DNA of 41,478 nt. It comes from a virus. Its lineage: Duplodnaviria; Caudoviricetes. The stretch is from IMG/VR virus record IMGVR_UViG_3300030376_002734, positions 1 to 41,478 of that record, one strand, 5' to 3'. The notes under the pieces are model-generated. The model did not search any database and was not told the origin of the DNA. It saw only the letters and a list, made by a program, of their open reading frames with translations. Below are positions 38,448 to 41,478 of this stretch, piece after piece. A program made the position numbers and the translations under genes. Each line of letters begins with the position of its first letter. Within the stretch, counting starts at the first letter, position 1.

Positions 38448-38519
38448 GCCATCATAGCACAGTGGTAGTGCAGGGCTTTTGTAAAGCCAAGGTCGTCCGT
38501 TCAAATCGGTCTGATGGCA
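38448..38519 (+). tRNA. tRNA-Thr(TGT)
   Basis: Acceptor GCCATCA/TGATGGC, D stem GCAC/GTGC, anticodon arm GGGCT-TTTGTAA-AGCCA, T arm GTCCG-TTCAAAT-CGGTC; two stem mismatches. Confidence 0.9.
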
Positions 38520-38520
38520 T

Positions 38521-38594
38521 CGGGATTTAGTTCAGTTTGGTAGAATGCTCGCTTTGGGAGCGAGATGTCATAGGTTCAAATCCTATAATCCCGA
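38521..38594 (+). tRNA. tRNA-Pro(TGG)
   Basis: Acceptor CGGGATT/AATCCCG, anticodon arm CTCGC-TTTGGGA-GCGAG, T arm ATAGG-TTCAAAT-CCTAT. Confidence 0.95.
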
Positions 38595-39158
38595 CTAAGG
38601 AATATCAGGTCTTTCCCACATGGGTCTCTTCCTCCTCCATGTCTGGATTCGTTTTTGGATATCCATCTTTTGATAAGAGGTAAGATCAATTTGATATACA
38701 CTTCCACCATACTCTTTACGACTATCATGTTCTCCTTGATACACTCGAATAAAGTTAGTGGGAGAGTAATCAACGAAACTATACTCACTATCACGTAATA
38801 CCACATCATCATAGATATAATCCATTCTCTTTAGATTACAACCCTTACCTTTGATATACTGACAAGTGTACTGTAGTACATTATCTTTATACTCAAAAGT
38901 AAACTCAGGTACTTTGACCTTTACAAACTTTTCCTCTTGCAGTCTCTCTAAGTTTTCCACATCCCTGTGGAAAATCTCTTTATTATCATACTCTATAGTC
39001 TTCGTAAGGTAAAAAGATGTAGACGTTTTCCACAGGGGAGTCTGCTTTTCTAACTCTTCATCTCTCCTAGGGTGCCATAGCACATATTTACCACAACCGT
39101 CTTTACGACTATAATATGAACCTGTCCAAGTCAATGGTTTTATCGGAAATGTATACAT
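38595..39158 (-). CDS. Protein-kinase-like fold protein (small-molecule or sugar kinase candidate)
   Basis: YLTK strand lysine, VKVPE, CQYIKG hinge, catalytic-loop-like DYSPTNFI (DxxxxN), IDLTSY at the DFG-equivalent position. Confidence 0.55.
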   Translation of the reverse strand: MYTFPIKPLTWTGSYYSRKDGCGKYVLWHPRRDEELEKQTPLWKTSTSFYLTKTIEYDNKEIFHRDVENLERLQEEKFVKVKVPEFTFEYKDNVLQYTCQYIKGKGCNLKRMDYIYDDVVLRDSEYSFVDYSPTNFIRVYQGEHDSRKEYGGSVYQIDLTSYQKMDIQKRIQTWRRKRPMWERPDIP

Positions 39159-40042
39159 TATAAAAACCTCAATAATTTCACTTCTTTATCTAGCTCCTCA
39201 GTTCTTACCAATTTATAATACCATCCCTTACGTACAATGAATGTATAAGGATGTACAAGTTTTCCACAGGTTTCAAATGTACTCCATTTATAATCAATGT
39301 CATCCTTTTCTAGGTATCCTTTATCAATACATCTATTATATCTTTCTACTATCCGAGAGTCAAGAGAGGGTTGAGGGATTACGGGGATATAATCAAACTG
39401 TAATATATTAGGTAGAGAGGCACTCGAAAGATATTGACTCTTCAGTGCATGATAGGATTTCTTATCGTCCCACTTGACGTAGTGAATGTAATCTCGACCT
39501 CTGCAATGGTAGTCAATAACATTGTTGAAGTAGTATGCATCGTTTTCGATGTACTCATCTAACTGTTCGTATGTCCAATTCCATTCATTGATTGTCTTGT
39601 AGATATGTGCATTGAGTCTCTCATGAGGATCTCGAATGAATGCAACTACTGTCTGGTCGGTATATAATCTCTCCCAATCTACGTTGTGAACAGAGTAACA
39701 TGAAGGTATATCCTCTATTGGACACTTGTTCACCAAACTCTGATTACTCATACGCCCTGAGTGTAGTGCTACTTGACTTCCCTTGGGATCTATGATATAA
39801 TGTTTAAGTACATCGATGGGTTTCTCAAATGTTACACCTGCACACTCAGGTATATGAATATGTAATAACTTGAATATCTCGTCAGTCTGAAAGGATGGTA
39901 TGAAGTCGTGGGCGGCAATTGCCTGTGGAAAACTAACGTATTCTCCCTCTAGGAGGTTATACTTATATACTGGAGGGCACTCTGTGGAAAACTCTGACTT
40001 CCCTTGCAGGGACTTTAGGTCTCGGTCAAATCTTTTATACAT
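39158..40042 (-). CDS. Sulfotransferase family 2-like protein
   Basis: LHIHIPECAGVTF (cf. HIPKxAGTS) and AFIRDPHERL; likely start MYKRFD at 40042. Confidence 0.6.
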   Translation of the reverse strand: MYKRFDRDLKSLQGKSEFSTECPPVYKYNLLEGEYVSFPQAIAAHDFIPSFQTDEIFKLLHIHIPECAGVTFEKPIDVLKHYIIDPKGSQVALHSGRMSNQSLVNKCPIEDIPSCYSVHNVDWERLYTDQTVVAFIRDPHERLNAHIYKTINEWNWTYEQLDEYIENDAYYFNNVIDYHCRGRDYIHYVKWDDKKSYHALKSQYLSSASLPNILQFDYIPVIPQPSLDSRIVERYNRCIDKGYLEKDDIDYKWSTFETCGKLVHPYTFIVRKGWYYKLVRTEELDKEVKLLRFL

Positions 40043-40204
40043 GATAAGTTTTCCACAGGGGTTGTGGAGAAAGTAGGTTAGAAAAATTCTAAGGGGGTTT
40101 TTTATATAGGGAAAAAAATTTTGATTTGTCGTTAGGTCGCTCGTTGGTAAACGTTTGTAGGTTAGAAAGACGGTACTTTTTAATATACGGGCACCGCCCC
40201 CATA

Positions 40205-40213
40205 ATTATAACA
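40205..40213 (-). promoter_or_regulatory. Extended -10 element TGTTATAAT
   Basis: Exact TGn-TATAAT with poor -35; lies between GCCCC/GGGGC arms; points toward ORF 40042. Confidence 0.45.
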
Positions 40214-40281
40214 TAAGGGGCACAATATCACTGCCTAATTCACCCTTACTGCCAGTACACAGTTGTTAACACATAACACAC

Positions 40282-40315
40282 AAAAATGCCCCCAGTGAGT
40301 AACACTGAAGGCATT
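40282..40315 (-). terminator. Intrinsic terminator for the early small-gene block
   Basis: Minus-strand RNA AAUGCCUUCAGUG-UUACU-CACUGGGGGCAUU then UUU; 13-bp stem whose two G-U pairs work only on the minus strand. Confidence 0.8.
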
Positions 40316-40342
40316 GCAATCTCTGTGAGTTTGTGTTATAAT
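40314..40342 (+). promoter_or_regulatory. Sigma70-like promoter with no downstream plus-strand gene
   Basis: TTGCAA-N17-TATAAT with extended -10 TG. Confidence 0.6.
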
Positions 40343-40369
40343 AGGACTGTAAGATTGTCCTATAATTGT

Positions 40370-40465
40370 TTACCAATTAGAACCGTAATACTTGTACAAA
40401 ATGTGTCTAACTGTCCTTGAAGTTTGTGCTGCTTCGAGTTCACTTAGTGCTGCAAGATAAGGCAT
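40370..40465 (-). CDS. 31-aa hypothetical protein
   Basis: MPYLAALSELEAAQTSRTVRHILYKYYGSNW; A/C-rich leader; followed by the terminator. Confidence 0.45.
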   Translation of the reverse strand: MPYLAALSELEAAQTSRTVRHILYKYYGSNW

Positions 40466-40605
40466 GAGTTGTTGTTAATAAAGGACGAGGGATTTGACTG
40501 TCTTTGTTGTTAATAACGATAGGCGAAGTCATTCCGAGTTGTTTACACTAACTGTTGGAGGATTGTGGACGAGTTGTTGTTAGTTTTCTGATGATATTAT
40601 GCTCG
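40466..40605. repeat. Four degenerate units at 35-bp period, core gagTTGTTgtta
   Basis: 40466 GAGTTGTTGTTAATAA, 40501 tctTTGTTGTTAATAA, 40536 GAGTTGTTtac, 40571 GAGTTGTTGTTA. Confidence 0.6.
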
Positions 40606-40698
40606 CTTAGGCAACAATTACCACAACGATTTCTACGAGGTTTATAACAATTAGTAGAACGATTTCCACAGGGTTGTTGAAAACTAATAAACATTTTA

Positions 40699-40854
40699 TT
40701 AGACATTTATAACATTTTGCGTATGAACGATTACACCTAGTAAAATAGCATCTTCTCTATGTAATTTGAACAGTTCATTGTAAACAATAGATGGCATACT
40801 TTTATCAGTGTTTGTAATACTTTTGGCAACACGATTAGGGTTACTATGTATCAT
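40699..40854 (-). CDS. 51-aa hypothetical protein
   Basis: MIHSNPNRVAKSITNTDKSMPSIVYNELFKLHREDAILLGVIVHTQNVINV; ATGA overlap with the upstream ORF. Confidence 0.45.
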   Translation of the reverse strand: MIHSNPNRVAKSITNTDKSMPSIVYNELFKLHREDAILLGVIVHTQNVINV

Positions 40855-41039
40855 TTGCGTCTCCTACTGAAAGTATCAATAATTGCTGCGGATTCACTAG
40901 ATAAAGTATCAACAATAGGATGACTATCTATCTGAGAGAAAATATCATTTTCATCTGTGTAATTGTCTGAGTTGTAGTCAAAATCTGCTTGGTAATCCTC
41001 ATCTGATTGTTGATAAGAATTGAATGTAGAATAGGTCAT
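40851..41039 (-). CDS. Small acidic hypothetical (early-type) protein
   Basis: 62 aa, D/S/Y rich with basic C-terminus; part of a tightly packed run. Confidence 0.6.
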   Translation of the reverse strand: MTYSTFNSYQQSDEDYQADFDYNSDNYTDENDIFSQIDSHPIVDTLSSESAAIIDTFSRRRK

Positions 41040-41044
41040 GGAAA

Positions 41045-41299
41045 CTAATAACGAGAGGGGATAGATTGGTAAGGGTTGTTTACATCTTTATTGATGCAAT
41101 CAGTTGCTAATTGTTTGAACAAATTCATATCATATTTCTTTGCAATTGTTTCCTCTAACTCTTCAGGTGATAAGTATAACAAACTGTGCAGCATATTAGA
41201 TGTTATAAACTTCACTAAATCTTCTCTTCTCATGTTGTTAGTAAGTGCCTCACAATATGCTGTAATTGTATCACTTAGTTGTTGTGCAGTTAGTTTCAT
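41045..41299 (-). CDS. Hypothetical (early-type) protein
   Basis: 84 aa, helical; ATGA-coupled to the upstream ORF. Confidence 0.65.
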   Translation of the reverse strand: MKLTAQQLSDTITAYCEALTNNMRREDLVKFITSNMLHSLLYLSPEELEETIAKKYDMNLFKQLATDCINKDVNNPYQSIPSRY

Positions 41300-41439
41300 T
41301 TAGTGGCGTATTTTGAATGATAAATGTTTACTAATTGTGGTAATCCTTTTGTATTATCAACAACAATGTAAGTACCATTACACACCCTATCTTCTAACTC
41401 TTCTGCAAATTGTTCGAGGTTTATAACACTTTTCTTCAT
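41296..41439 (-). CDS. Small hypothetical protein
   Basis: MKKSVINLEQFAEELEDRVCNGTYIVVDNTKGLPQLVNIYHSKYATK; frame stays open to the window edge, so the start may be further upstream. Confidence 0.5.
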   Translation of the reverse strand: MKKSVINLEQFAEELEDRVCNGTYIVVDNTKGLPQLVNIYHSKYATK

Positions 41440-41478
41440 AGTTTGCCCCATGAATGATAATACTTTGAACATGTAATC

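Larger units (their letters stand above)
38953..40683. repeat. Cluster of DnaA-box-like 9-mers TTTTCCACA
   Basis: Exact copies at 38953(+), 38966(-), 39026(+), 39260(+), 39924(-), 39983(-), 40049(+); one-mismatch copies at 39087, 40063, 40662, 40675. Confidence 0.8.

Noticed and set aside
29484-38812. Alternative-frame or antisense ORFs in the island (e.g. 30665-31069, 34051-34254, 38576-38812)
   Set aside because: Nested within better-supported genes or overlapping tRNA-Pro; no recognisable motifs.
40043-40231. N-terminal 63-aa extension of track ORF 39158-40231
   Set aside because: Non-ATG start, crosses homopolymer runs and promoter-like sequence; ATG 40042 is more plausible.
40466-40605. 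Mini CRISPR array
   Set aside because: Repeats too short and degenerate, 35-bp period too small, no cas genes.

Overview
AT-rich segment of a T4-like marine cyanophage (cyanomyovirus/Kyanoviridae-type; host probably Prochlorococcus or Synechococcus, inferred from gene content). Almost everything is on the minus strand, in four blocks read right to left. (1) 40370-41478: short coupled early-type ORFs. (2) About 38950-40700: a cluster of cyanobacterial-type DnaA boxes (TTTTCCACA), mostly inside two genes, next to a non-coding stretch with divergent sigma70-like promoters, a terminator and a 35-bp periodic motif. Three plus-strand tRNAs (Asp, Thr, Pro) lie beside it at 38368-38594. (3) 29164-40042: an island of tailoring enzymes (three sulfotransferase-like, a kinase-like, an ABM monooxygenase-like, two amidinotransferases, three SGNH-like, a 29-aa peptide, a carbamoyltransferase, a GT-A glycosyltransferase-like). 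(4) 1023-28906: the baseplate/tail module (gp25, gp6, gp7 split in two ORFs, gp8, VrlC-like protein, small proteins, repeat-rich tail fibre), followed by a methyltransferase and a truncated ferritin-like gene. T4-type late promoters (NTAAATA) precede most units. The two strongest leads are the DnaA-box/origin-like locus and the late-expressed tailoring island with non-canonical active-site residues. All family calls come from motifs read by eye; no searches were run.
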